From Lepidodermella squamata (taxonomy: Eukaryota > Animalia > Gastrotricha): DNA of 64,000 bases. The stretch covers positions 2,728,001 to 2,792,000 of the forward strand of contig JBLDXI010000017.1 of NCBI GenBank assembly GCA_047495785.1, given 5' to 3'. Shown one piece after another: positions 1 through 11,170 of the stretch. A program made the position numbers and the translations under genes. The notes under the pieces are model-generated. The model made no database searches and was not told where the DNA came from. It saw nothing but the letters and a program-made list of their open reading frames with translations. Positions within the stretch are counted from its first letter, which is position 1; the number at the start of each line of letters is the position of its first letter.

Positions 1-1516
1 CAACAACGCCGGGCCGAAAACGGTGCGGAGATGCTGCGCAATTTTCGTCTGCTGCTTAGGCGAGCAGTGATTCTCCAGCGACAAAATGACCGGGTAATCA
101 CTGGTGCGGAACGCGCACTCGTTAATCGCGTCCAGCGCTTCTCTCAACGGAATTTCGGTAACCATGGTGAAGCCGTGTTTAATAATCGGCTCTTCGTCCG
201 GCTGCCGACCGTCCCAGCAGTCGAGTTCGACACATCGACAACCGGATAACAGGACCTGTCTATACATTTCAACAGACGACTTGCCGGTCAGCTGGTGCCC
301 GGTTAAATACGTGTTGTGGGAAGATGCGATGTAGTAGTGACTGAGCGGGTGGCTCATTTCGTGGCTGAGGTCGAGCTCGTCGAAAGGCGCTGCGTTGTTG
401 TCCTCGGAAATCAGCAGTTGAATGAAGCCGTGCAGCGACAGCCGCTCAGCTTTGCGCAGCTCTTCGTCCGGCTCGAAGCGTTCGATCAGCGGCCGCACGC
501 GTTGTTCGGTCCAGTACGGGTAGAGCAGCTCGTTGAGACGCGGGTCTCGCTGGTGCTTGTTCAAAAACTCGACCAGCTTGTCGATGGGCATCGATGGGTT
601 CGATTCGTTCGCCTGCCCCGTCAGCTCTTCGAAAATTTGCTGAACATCTTGCTTAAAAGATAGCGAACAGCAAAACTCGATAAAACGCGGCAAGACCAGC
701 TGGTCCGCGGGTATGAAATCGCCGTTCGCAGAAACATTTATTCCAGCGTCCCTCAGGCACTTAATAACACGATCTTTGTCCTCTTTGTGAAGCGCAAACA
801 GTTTAAGGAGGCTGAAATATAAATTATTAATTATTTCTTTTAGTCGGGAAAATTTGAAGCTACTCACTTTTTCATCGCTACCTTTCCTTCCTGTTGAGTA
901 TAGAAGAGTTTAGACCATGCTCTTTCGTAGAAAATTCCAACGCTGCAGTTGACGGACAAAATATTGTAAGCGTAAGAAAATAATTCTTGGCACCAAAGCT
1001 GCAAATAAAAATAATGATATGAAATTATCAGGGTAAAATTAAAAATTCTAACCTTAGCAATTTCAGCAGTTCCAGCCACAAAACTCGCCCACTGTAAATT
1101 GACGAAATCGTTTCCCCAACAAATAGTAACGGCCTTCTCCTCGATAGGGCACAACGAATCGCCGAAGGTAGACACAACATCGTTAACTTTGTTATCCTTA
1201 GGCAACCGCGCCAGCTTGCCGGTTCGAACATCTCTCAGCGTGTACAAATCGATGTAATCAGTCTCATGCTGGCCCGTTTGAACGTCCTTCCAATAAGCGA
1301 TGTAGCCTTTTGGGTCCACTTTGAGCAGAACAAAGTAGCAACTGACTGCATTAGGATTATCCTTAACAAAAAATGAGATGAAATTAGGGGTGAAAAACTG
1401 CTTAATTAATTGCGTACCTCATCAATCTTGACGAATTTGCTTCCCATAACCAAGTCAGGATGAACCTGAGGCAATTTCAGCTGGCACAAATGGACGCCTG
1501 GTTTTGCCCCGGCCAT
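1..1516 (-). CDS. PLCB: Phospholipase C beta, 5' part (PH, EF-hand, start of catalytic X domain); multi-exon, runs off window start
   Basis: ATG at 1516 gives MAGAKPGVHLCQLKLPQVHPDLVMGSKFVKIDE, then a GT-AG intron 1417-1362, then DNPNAVSCYFVLLKVDPKGYIAYW. Later exons read QRDPRLNELLYP...SHNTYLTGHQLTGKSSVEMYRQVLLSGCRCVELDCWDG...HGFTMVTEI, the PLC-beta X-box. Confidence 0.95.
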
Positions 1517-4500
1517 GACTGGTCACGAATCAATCAGCGAAGCCAAGATGCAATCGTATGCCAGGCAGTATTCGCTAAGCACATAGTATGATGCTGCCCA
1601 TTATACGCGCCTGGATTCGCAACGAGAAGCAACAAAAAACACTCGAATGCCGTGTTTTGTTGCCGCTCTCTATCTCTCCCTGCGTCTTTCTCTCTTATAT
1701 ATTATCTATCTAAAGGCAATAACAATAATAATATTGATACATACTCGGCAAGCGAGAAAAAATATGTAGAAAATGCAACTGGATGTTGCCAAGTAGGGAT
1801 ACACGATGTAACCCATACGATGATGGAAATAATCGTTATCACCGTCATCATAATCATGAGAGGTGAAGCGGTTATCGTTCGAATTCTATGTAGTGGCGGC
1901 AGCAATAGGTAGTGGAATGCACATGCGCGTAAAAATAAACTGCGCTCTAGTGAAGAATCATGCGGAAACACATTTATAGCCTATGGGCAATTTGCTGACA
2001 CGCCTGCCACGCATTGAAGCACTACAAAAACAAGAATAATCGACAAGCCGGCTCAGAAAATCTCAATAAAACTGAAAAATACACGGCCATAATTTAGACG
2101 CAGTATTAGCATAAATGTTTGCTCAGCCGCATATAGTGCGTGAGACGCTTGGGGATCGGAGCAAGTTTCAAAGTACCCACCTATATGCCGAAACGCCGGC
2201 AATCGTTTTTAATAGACGATGATGGCGACGACTACGCTGAAAATGTGCGAGCAATAAAACAACGACAAGGCGCAAAATTGGAATTACAACAGGGAAGAAG
2301 TGTGACAAATGACTGACTCGGGATTCGTGTTTTCTCACCACTATATATGTAGTATGTATTTCGAGGTACGGCAAACTAATAAGAGTAATCGCCAGCACAC
2401 GGCACGAGCGGATTTCCTGGTCGTCATCGTCTTTTTGTGCCCAGCCAGGAGTTCATCGTAGAAAAAAATATTCATAAAAATGTATACATATTCGCGTAGT
2501 ATAACAATGAACATGCCATTCTCACGCAGTAGAATTTGTACACAGACATTGATACTTTTAGCCAAATGATTTATCCGGCACCGTGTCAATAGCCGGCATT
2601 TCATTTCCATCTTCATCAAAAATTTTCATACAGTTTTTTTCATTGCCGGTGGTCTACGCAGTGTGCTTAGTAAGCACTGCAGCATATGGTGGTTACATAT
2701 TGCATAAGGTCGCCATATATGGCGCCGTGCTACGATTCTCGTGCTTGATCTCAGGAGAAGAAAAAAGACCACGGCACCAAACTACAGTTGGAAAACATAA
2801 CTCTCAATATTATACAAACGCGGCGCGATTCGAGACCGAAAATCGATAGAGCAAAATTAAATATTACACGCGCACAACCGCTGTATTTGAGTTGTCGTTA
2901 CTGCTGCAAGTGATGTGGCAGCCGAGACTTCATGAGCGACATATATACGTGCTCATTGAGAGCACAATAAGGTTCGACCAAAATGTAATTGTGAAAAAAC
3001 AAACGCGTTATATTTTATATAAAAAAGCCGGGGCACGAAATCCAAAGTCGCTAAATGCATAGCATACTCGAGTATTAAACACATTGATTGCAAACCTATC
3101 GCCTGAAAGCAATAAACTGCGGTCGCGTTATTATTGTTATTATTGAAAGGCGACGTGGCTTCGTGCAGTAGTATACCACGAGCACAACAAATACACGCGA
3201 AATCAACTCAGACTAGTCTGACTAGAAGTGTAATAAGATGAGCGCAGTCTCCGAGCATAACAAAAAAAACATAAATTATTGACTTTTTCGTATGATACAA
3301 GATATATTGAAGATGATCGCCAGCGCGGCCTGCAAGGGTTATAGTAGTTGCGATGATGACTAATCAAGGTACATAAAATGGAATTTAACTGCTGAAGCTT
3401 TATTCTGAAGGCCAGCCAGAAGTGGATACAAAGCAAAACAGGGACAAGCTACCTAATTCCCCACCATGATGTCTGTCCACTGAAAATCTCTAGATGCATG
3501 TCAATTTCGAAATCAAATAAAAAATGGAAGAAGAAATCGAAGAAATTCGAAATCAAATAATGCGAGAAAGTCCGAACTCGGGATATACTGTGGAGCGATG
3601 AAAGGCATGAAAGACTAATTGAAACAAGCAATTAATGCAATGAGAAGCTTACCGTTGATTTTTTGCATGCCCTCTAAGTGCTTAGCTTCTTCACAATAAA
3701 AAGATACAATGTGAAACTATTTAGCTTAGATCCTAATAAAGTTTGTTCATTCCGTCGACTTGCTTAAGAATCAAACTGCTCTATAGACGGTGCATGGCAA
3801 ATCTCCGTCCATCGAACTTTCAGTTGGGAAGCTCCGGTCATTATTATATATTAAAATAAAGCTTCTCTCACAATAACGGACTCTAGATGCTAACATTCAA
3901 AATCGGCCCAGTGATTTTTTGACATGGAAGAAAACATTTGTCTCAAGCGGTTCGAAGAGGCTTCATGGAACAAGTTTTCCAAGAAGTCTTTAAAGATCAT
4001 TCAGAGCAATTTTAACAAGGCTGGGCTTCTGAAAAAATGAGACCATTTAGTACTTGACGCAGTCAAAAGCGCAAGGATACAGTCAGGTCCCGACTGACTG
4101 TCACCAAGCCCAAAGGGTTTAAATTCGGTTATGGCTGGGCATAGTAAATTGCTGATTGCTGCTTATGAAATTAAATCATTTCGTCAAACTGTGAGCTATC
4201 AAACGAGATTGCTTTGGACGCAGAAATGACTCATGTCGACTTTTTATCGTTAACATTTCATAAAGATCAATTTACTACAACAGCTGGTGAAGGATTGCAC
4301 ACCTAATTACTCTTTCAATCTGTGATCAAACGATATCTTACCATTCTAGCTTTTTCTCTGTCTCAGACCTTATGCTCCACTATCACTCCATAACTTCCGT
4401 CATAACTTTATTAAAATCATGCCTCAGAATAGCATTTCAATATCCAATAATTATAAATAATAAGAAGGGGACTTTGCGCATCTCAAATCAGTTGCGGGCC

Positions 4501-5204
4501 AAATATTTCGATCGGTCCCTAAACCTAACTGTGTCCCAAAACATTAACCAATCAAATCGGAACGAACGCGCATAAAATTACCCACGGAATTACCAACCAG
4601 TAAGTAGATTGAATGAAAAGCGGCTAACTGGTCAGACCAATTCAATTTATAAAGAATCTGTGGTTTCGAAAGGTTAGTAGAAAGTATAAAGGCTAGGTTG
4701 AGTTTGCTCGTGTATTTTTGATGCCGACTTACTTCAGCCTTCAAGAGTGCGGAGTCAGCCGGAGCAAACTTTACTACTGTTCTTTCAGCACATGCACGGA
4801 GACACATTTTCGTCAGCCACTGAACATTTCTATTGCGACGGTTCGAAAGGCTATTTCAATTAAAAACGCTTTACGCTAGCACTCAGCATGAAACGCAAGC
4901 ACAAAGCTCCCAAACTTTAACTTCGTGTCGACGGTCGTTAAAAAATAGCGGCTTTTCGACAATCCTATCTAAAATTTTCACGCTTATAACAAATAATAAA
5001 TTATCCAATATACTTATTTTATTCAATCTTTGATTTTTCTGATATTATTTCCTAACTTTTCCAGTAATATGAATTTTGTTTGCGCGGTAAAACGGTGTAG
5101 CTTTCTGGCTGTGGCTTTGCTGGTTCAGAAAGACATGTCACGAGTGCGAAATAAAGCTCTTTGTCCGTGTATTCATCTTCGCGATTTTCATTTCCTGTAA
5201 CCAG

Positions 5205-6887
5205 ATGACTTCAAGCATGGATATTAATGGCGATGGCGATGACGATGATAGGAGACAGCTAGTCCCGAGTCTACACACAAATCACGCTGGATATGGCAGT
5301 ACTGTCAATACAGTCAACGAAGAAGTTGTTGAAAATAATACTCGCAACGAGTTATATGACGAGACTCATGCTCTATTCGAGCCCCGCGATCAAGTAGTTT
5401 ATCGTGTATGTAATCGCAGATGGTATATTTTAGCTGTCTACTGGCTTCTGAGTTTTATTCAAGCTACGCTGTGGAATACTTGGTCTCCTATTATCGAATC
5501 TACCGAGAAGGCATTCGATATGAATGACGGTGACATATCACTTATGGAAAATTGGAATAACATCACCTATACCATGTTCATTTTCCCCTTCATTTGGCTT
5601 GTCCATCGGCGTGGGTTGAGACTGCCAATGATTGTGACAGCCTCACTCATGGTAGCTGGTGCGTTTGTGCGTTGCCTCCTCTACTGGGATCCAAATACAA
5701 GCAAAGTAGTCATAAATGTTGGCCAATTCATGATCGGAATCGCTGGTCCAGTTGCATTTTTCTGCTGTACATGCATTAGTGCCACTTGGTTTCCCCCACA
5801 TCAGCGAACTTTAGCTACAGGTTTCTCTTCTCAGTTGTCATTGATTTCCTCCTAAGTAGTTTGTGCTTCTATTGTTCACCTATTTAGCTGTCATGTCCGT
5901 TGCTCAATCTGGAGGGGTTGCCTTTTCTTTCGTTATTGGACCCGAACTGGTCAAATATCTTGCACATGGTGAAACGGACGACGTACAAGTTCTTCGATAT
6001 GCAATTCAGCGTCTGCTATACGGGGAATTCGTTGCGGCAGCTGCGATCCTTGTATTTGTTATCATTTATTTTCCCTCTCGTCCACCGATTCCACCCTGTG
6101 AAAGCGCAGCCCAGGAGCGCTTAGGTGAGGGAAACTGTGTTAGATAGATGATGCATTGTTCAAACTGTTTTTGTTAGGCTTTCTGACATCGATAAAAACG
6201 ATTTGCTCTTCGTTCAATTCTCTGATGATTATCACAGTATATTCGATATCTGCTGGGATTTTTTCCGGATGGTACTCGCTCTTTAGTATAGCTGTGAAAC
6301 AGAACATGCACGAAATCGAGGCTGGGTGGTTAGGGTGCTGGATGACTCTTGCAGGCATTGGGGCTTCTCTGATTGCTGGATTTCTGGGAGACCGTTTCCC
6401 GAAATACATGAAACTTCAGATAGTTATCATGCTCGTTGTTGCTGGTGTTTGTTTCTCCTGGTTTACGTTGACTGTCAATGGCGTGGGAGCCATTGAGTAT
6501 AACCAAATATCTGCATGGATTACTTGCATTCTAGGTGGCTCGTTGGCTGCTGCTACTCAGCCACTTTGTTACGAGCTCGCCAACGAGGTGTCGTTCCCAG
6601 CCCCTGAAGCATCAGTCACAGGCTTTTTAACGGGTCTTAACAACTTTCTGACAATGATTTATATATTCGTCCAACTTGCTCCTGACATCGGGTCGGCTTG
6701 GCTTAACTGGAGTGAAGCGATTTCGCTCTTCCTATGCCTGCCATTCATTTTTGTATTTCGACCTGTGTTCAACCGTCTTGATATGGACGAGAGACTGCAA
6801 CAAGCCACCCGCGTCAACTCGGAGTCAAACCGTGTGAGCTCTGAGTCCAACGTTTCGAGCTGTGATTCAGGCACTGTCACTGCTTGA
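5205..6887 (+). CDS. SLC49A4: MFS transporter of the SLC49 (FLVCR/DIRC2) family, 3 exons
   Basis: VYRVCNRRWYILAVYWLLSFIQATLWNTWSPI, WFPPHQRTLAT, YFPSRPPIPP and YELANEVSFPAPE are DIRC2-like motifs. Short introns follow ~5820 and ~6124. Confidence 0.88.
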
Positions 6888-7261
6888 TGTTTGATATCTG
6901 CTTCTAGGTCAATTTTTTGAAGTGCTAGTGATGTTTTCTTACAATCACGAATGCAATACTGTAAATTTCATCTTTCAAATGCCATCAAGGCCGATTGCTT
7001 TTATATTATTGCAAATGTCCAACAGTGATTACCAATAGTTAATTAATATTTTTCAATTTCTTCTCGAATCTTTCAGGCATGCGTTACGAAATTCCCTTTG
7101 AAGTCTGCTTTAGCAAACTTTTTTTTTATCGATGCTGGCTTTATTTTACCCTTTCGTCCTACAATGACTAAAAAGTCTTCAACGGTGAAAAACATTGATC
7201 AATTGTTTCATGAATTGTTGTGTATTTTGTGTAAATAGGTAGCTTTTCTTATTACTAAAAT

Positions 7262-8168
7262 ATGCCCGGCTGTCCGATATGCGAACGCAGTCAGAACTTG
7301 TCTCTAGCTTTGAGCTCGTTTCGAAATTTTGCGAAAATAGAAAGCTATCACACTTGCATTCAACCTGTTCAGCAAATTGGCCCAAGGTAATTATTAGCTA
7401 TCTAAAGTCTCGCATTTTTAATGTCCTGCGCCAGTTGTGGTATAGCGGCGATGTCCTCAGCCTTTACCGCCTTCGATATCAATGATATACGCACTTCTTT
7501 TTCTTCACTCTTATCGCTAGCCAAAGAGCATTCGTGGTCTTCCGCTGGTGAAATGTTTGATGGTAAATTTGCTCGCGTTATTTCTGTTTATTTTACCCAA
7601 CTTGCTGCTAGCTGATAACATGAAAAAATTGGGCGATACCGCGAATCCTGAGGTTAAAATCGAGGTGCTTGACCTCGATGACGAAGCGATCGTCGCCCGT
7701 ACCACGATAATGAGTCATTTGGTTCTCGGCAAACCTGTGCTCATAGCGTAAATACAAGCTTGACCAATTCGATCCGGCAATTCATGGTAAATTTTCAGGT
7801 ACGATTGCGATGCAGATTTCTACCCGAAGAAAGCTAATGGTAGAAAAGCTCACTGGGCGGTTCTTAGTGGATTCTGCGTAGCTTCGTGCGTAGATCCTGA
7901 CTCAGAACTAACACCAGAGTTGATAAATTTGACGCCTGAGCATGCTCGAATTTTGGTTGATAAATCAACCGAGGGTGCTGTGTACTTCTGGACGCTTCAG
8001 GGCAAAAGCCGCTTGTTTAGAACCTTCGAAGCTATAGATCTCATAACAAGCAACTTTCAACTGCATGAAGCTGACCCATCTCTTATCACCCAAGGCTATC
8101 GCATCCCACCCAATGGCAATATTCTAAACACCCTTTCCCACAAAGCGATCGTTCTGTCAAAGAAATGA
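7262..8168 (+). CDS. ACTMAP: Actin maturation protease (C19orf54/UPF0692), 4 exons
   Basis: Spliced product MPGCPIC...QPVQQIGPS|CGIAAM...WSSAGEMFD|ADNM...PVLIA|YDCDADFYPKKANGRKAHWAV...QGKS...SNFQL. The GPxCG, GEMF, YD and KAHWA motifs match the family, and all three introns are GT-AG and phase-compatible. Confidence 0.85.
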
Positions 8169-8230
8169 TGAAAATTGCCTTAAAACCGCTGTTTGTATTA
8201 ACCTAGGACAGGAAATTTTAAGAGTAATTA

Positions 8231-8728
8231 ATGGAGACGGAAGGATCGTTGGATATCTGCTCGATTACCGATGACACAAAACAGAAAATCAAGCGGCTAA
8301 GATTCGCAAAGGGAGGCAAGGTTATGGCCTTGATCAGTGAGTTATTGAAAGAAATGAATATTTCTAACCAATGTCATGTATGGATTTTTTTTGCAGTGAA
8401 AGCAAACAAGGCGGCTCACTCGATTGAGGTTGAGGAGGAGCTGAACGATTGTTCGATCGACGAATTGCGCAAAATTTTGCCTGAAACTCAGCCTCGATTC
8501 GTTTTTCTTAGCTTCATGCATCGACATGATGACGGCCGCATGTCTTACCCTCTCGGCCTTATCCTATCGAATCCGGCCGGGTGCCCCCATGAACTTTGCA
8601 TGATGTACGCCGGGTCGCTTCAAGCTGTGATGAAAGAAACTGGCATTCCTAAAATTGTTCAAATTCGTGATTTGGACGATGAAATGAATGAAGAATACCT
8701 CATGGCTCGAATGGTTGTAGGCCGTTGA
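8231..8728 (+). CDS. GMF: Glia maturation factor (ADF-H domain), one short intron
   Basis: KIKRLRF...LPETQPRFV...HDDGRMSYPLGLILSNPAGCPHELCMMYAGS is characteristic of GMF. Confidence 0.93.
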   Translation: METEGSLDICSITDDTKQKIKRLRFAKGGKVMALISELLKEMNISNQCHVWIFFAVKANKAAHSIEVEEELNDCSIDELRKILPETQPRFVFLSFMHRHDDGRMSYPLGLILSNPAGCPHELCMMYAGSLQAVMKETGIPKIVQIRDLDDEMNEEYLMARMVVGR

Positions 8729-9316
8729 ATCTTTTATCGACAATTTATAAAAATTAACAATTTTATAAATACTTATCAATTCTTCATGCAATACATATCG
8801 CTTTGTTATTTCGAATGAGTAAAATCGCTCAGACGTGATCGGAAGACATTATTCCAGTAAGAGTACAGTCGAATCCTGCAGACATTCCGAAAGTGCTGTT
8901 TATTATCGTTTTCTGTTCAATCGACGAGTCGTTGATTCTAAATTATTGCCATTTTCGAATGAAAAATCGCATTTCTTGTCTTCATTTTATTTTGACGACT
9001 TGGAAAAATTACCTGTTATAATTGTGCTGATGCAAAGTTTGCTCGAATAGAAACGCGAGGGCGAGATCCAATCTCACGATTTTACTACGCTATGTGATGT
9101 CCAATCATGTTATTATGCCATTACCTTGACTAAATTATATTAGCTTTGCATGCTGAAAATGGTCCTGAAAATAAAAATGTCATGGTTCATTTTTTCTCTT
9201 GTTATTTTTCTTATATCGCGGGAAAAAACACACCTGCAGTTTATTGAAGGATTGGTTGAGAACTTCACAGCAATTAGCGATTATTTAACGATCTGCAGAA
9301 ACAACATTTTATCATC

Positions 9317-9756
9317 ATGGACGAGTTTGTTGGGCATCGCGAAGTTGCCGTGAGCTCAAACAAGGTCATACCGATCAAAACTGAGCCCGTACTTTTCGAA
9401 CAGCCTTTCCAGGTACCAAGGGTATTCACTGAACCGTCTGCTTATTACCCCGTCGTGCAATCAGGTTTGTAAAATATTATTCATATGATAACTTCCTATT
9501 TATGACCACAACAGTGCCGTATGTCCGCTTTGGAGAGCAGCCCAGGCTGGTCACTTGCCCGAAATGCGGCATTTCTGACGTTACCGAAGCTGAGAAAGAA
9601 GCTGGGACTTGCACGTGGCTATCTTGCGCACTGCTAAGCATAGTCGGGTGTCCACTCGGATGCTGTTTGGTCCCCTTTTGCTTCGACTGTTTTTACGACA
9701 CCCATCACTACTGCCCGAACTGCCATGAATCGCTATTTGTTCATCAGAAAATATGA
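9317..9756 (+). CDS. LITAF-domain protein 1 (no PPxY motif)
   Basis: MDEFVGH...|VPYVRFGEQPRLVTCPKC...GTCTW...GCCLVPFC...DTHHYCPNC: CxxC, hydrophobic segment, HxCxxC. Confidence 0.92.
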
Positions 9757-10209
9757 TCAAGTATTACAGCAGAAACGTTCGTTTTCGAGCAATATGCGCC
9801 TGAAATCACCATCAGTTCAGTGACAACAATAAATTGATTTCTAAATCAAGTTGTTTAGCATCTGCGGTAGCTTCAGGTGTATGTGCTGTATTCAAGGCAG
9901 GGATGCGCGACGTAGCTGCTCCTTCGCGTGGGCTGGTTGCAAAAGCTTTTATTCATATTATTTTTCATATGGCTGATCCAAGAAGTTCGTTAATGATTAG
10001 CGCTTTTACTAATGAGCCACGAAACTGCAAACATCTGCACGATTTATTGCGAAAGTTACTTGATTACCCCAAGCTCGGTGGTTTTTTGAACTCAGATGCG
10101 AATAGGATCTGATAGCATTAATCAACAAATTATCTCCAATGTCATGTTTGTCAATTTTTATTTTCCTCGGACTAGGGAATTAAGGAAAGAACAATTTTAA
10201 TTAGTGTTG

Positions 10210-10627
10210 CTATTCAACTTTTTTAGGTTGGATGGGGAAACTGTTTTCATTGTTTTGCTGAGGATTCTCGACAGTGCCGACATTTTCCAGAGTCAGAGAA
10301 GGAGTCACTCGATAGTGATGGGTCGTGTTTGTTCCTGGATACCGCCACATCCACCTTATAAACGGATTCGTCGAAGCAATATTACTCGTTCCATCCTCAG
10401 CTGCAAAAATTCAATTACTGAAAATTTCAATAGTGAGGACATTGATCTAAATTACTGGGTAGCCTAGGATGATTTTCCTGTTGTCGATGTTTGTAAAACA
10501 TGTAAATTGTCAGCGCAAAGCCATTCCAAATCAAGAAAAAGCTGATGAAAGACGGCAGCTTTGTATACGCTGTACCAGCTTTACCCGGTCCGACGGGACG
10601 AGCCCCTTTGCCATATTTCGGCAACAT
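10210..10627 (-). CDS. Small single-pass membrane protein, 2 exons (orphan; possibly SMIM26-like)
   Basis: MLPKYGKGARPVGPG...KLPSFISFFLIWNGFALTIYMFYKH...PRLP joins through a ~55-nt GT-AG intron to TEDGTSNIASTNPFIRWMW...KKVE*. Confidence 0.55.
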
Positions 10628-11170
10628 AATTTTAAAGTCTATACAAACAGAACCGCATATCGCACATCGCAAATTTTATTCATTTTCGCAACAAATAATT
10701 TCTGAGTCTTTATTTTACTCGTTTAAAATCGCAAACAATGATCAAAAATCGTTGTATAAAAACAGTAGATGGAATTTACATTTTCTTTAATGAAACAGCA
10801 GTTCTGCAAAAAAGCAGCGGAAAATATCATCAATGGCGGAAGACACCAACAGCAACAAACAATTAATAAAACCCGAAACCAGTTTTTGAAGTGAGAAAGA
10901 ACTTGCAGCTTTTGGCAAGAAAGTGCAAATAATATTGTATAAATAGAAAAATGTGCTTGGCAAGAGTGGAAGAACCGAGAGAGTATAAATAACGAAGATT
11001 CCTAGATTAATCTCTGAGCGCGTGAAGAGCGACCACAAGGCCGGAATAGACAACACAGATCGACCGATGCCCAAGACGGTTAAATGCCTGGTTTGTGGTT
11101 CTTACCGGGTAGAGACCCGGGTCCGGTTCGGACAATTCAAACCAGGCACCACCGCTGGGCAGCAGGGTGT

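Noticed and set aside
31-663. Plus-strand ORFs 31-249, 104-334 and 316-663
   Set aside because: Antisense shadows of the GC-rich PLC-beta coding exon.
1600-5100. Many short ORFs between PLCB and SLC49A4
   Set aside because: No recognisable motifs or consistent splice structure; likely regulatory DNA with TE remnants.
11085-11148. Three-way junction as a hammerhead ribozyme or SECIS
   Set aside because: Lacks the CUGANGA/GAAA core and the AUGA...GA quartet on either strand.
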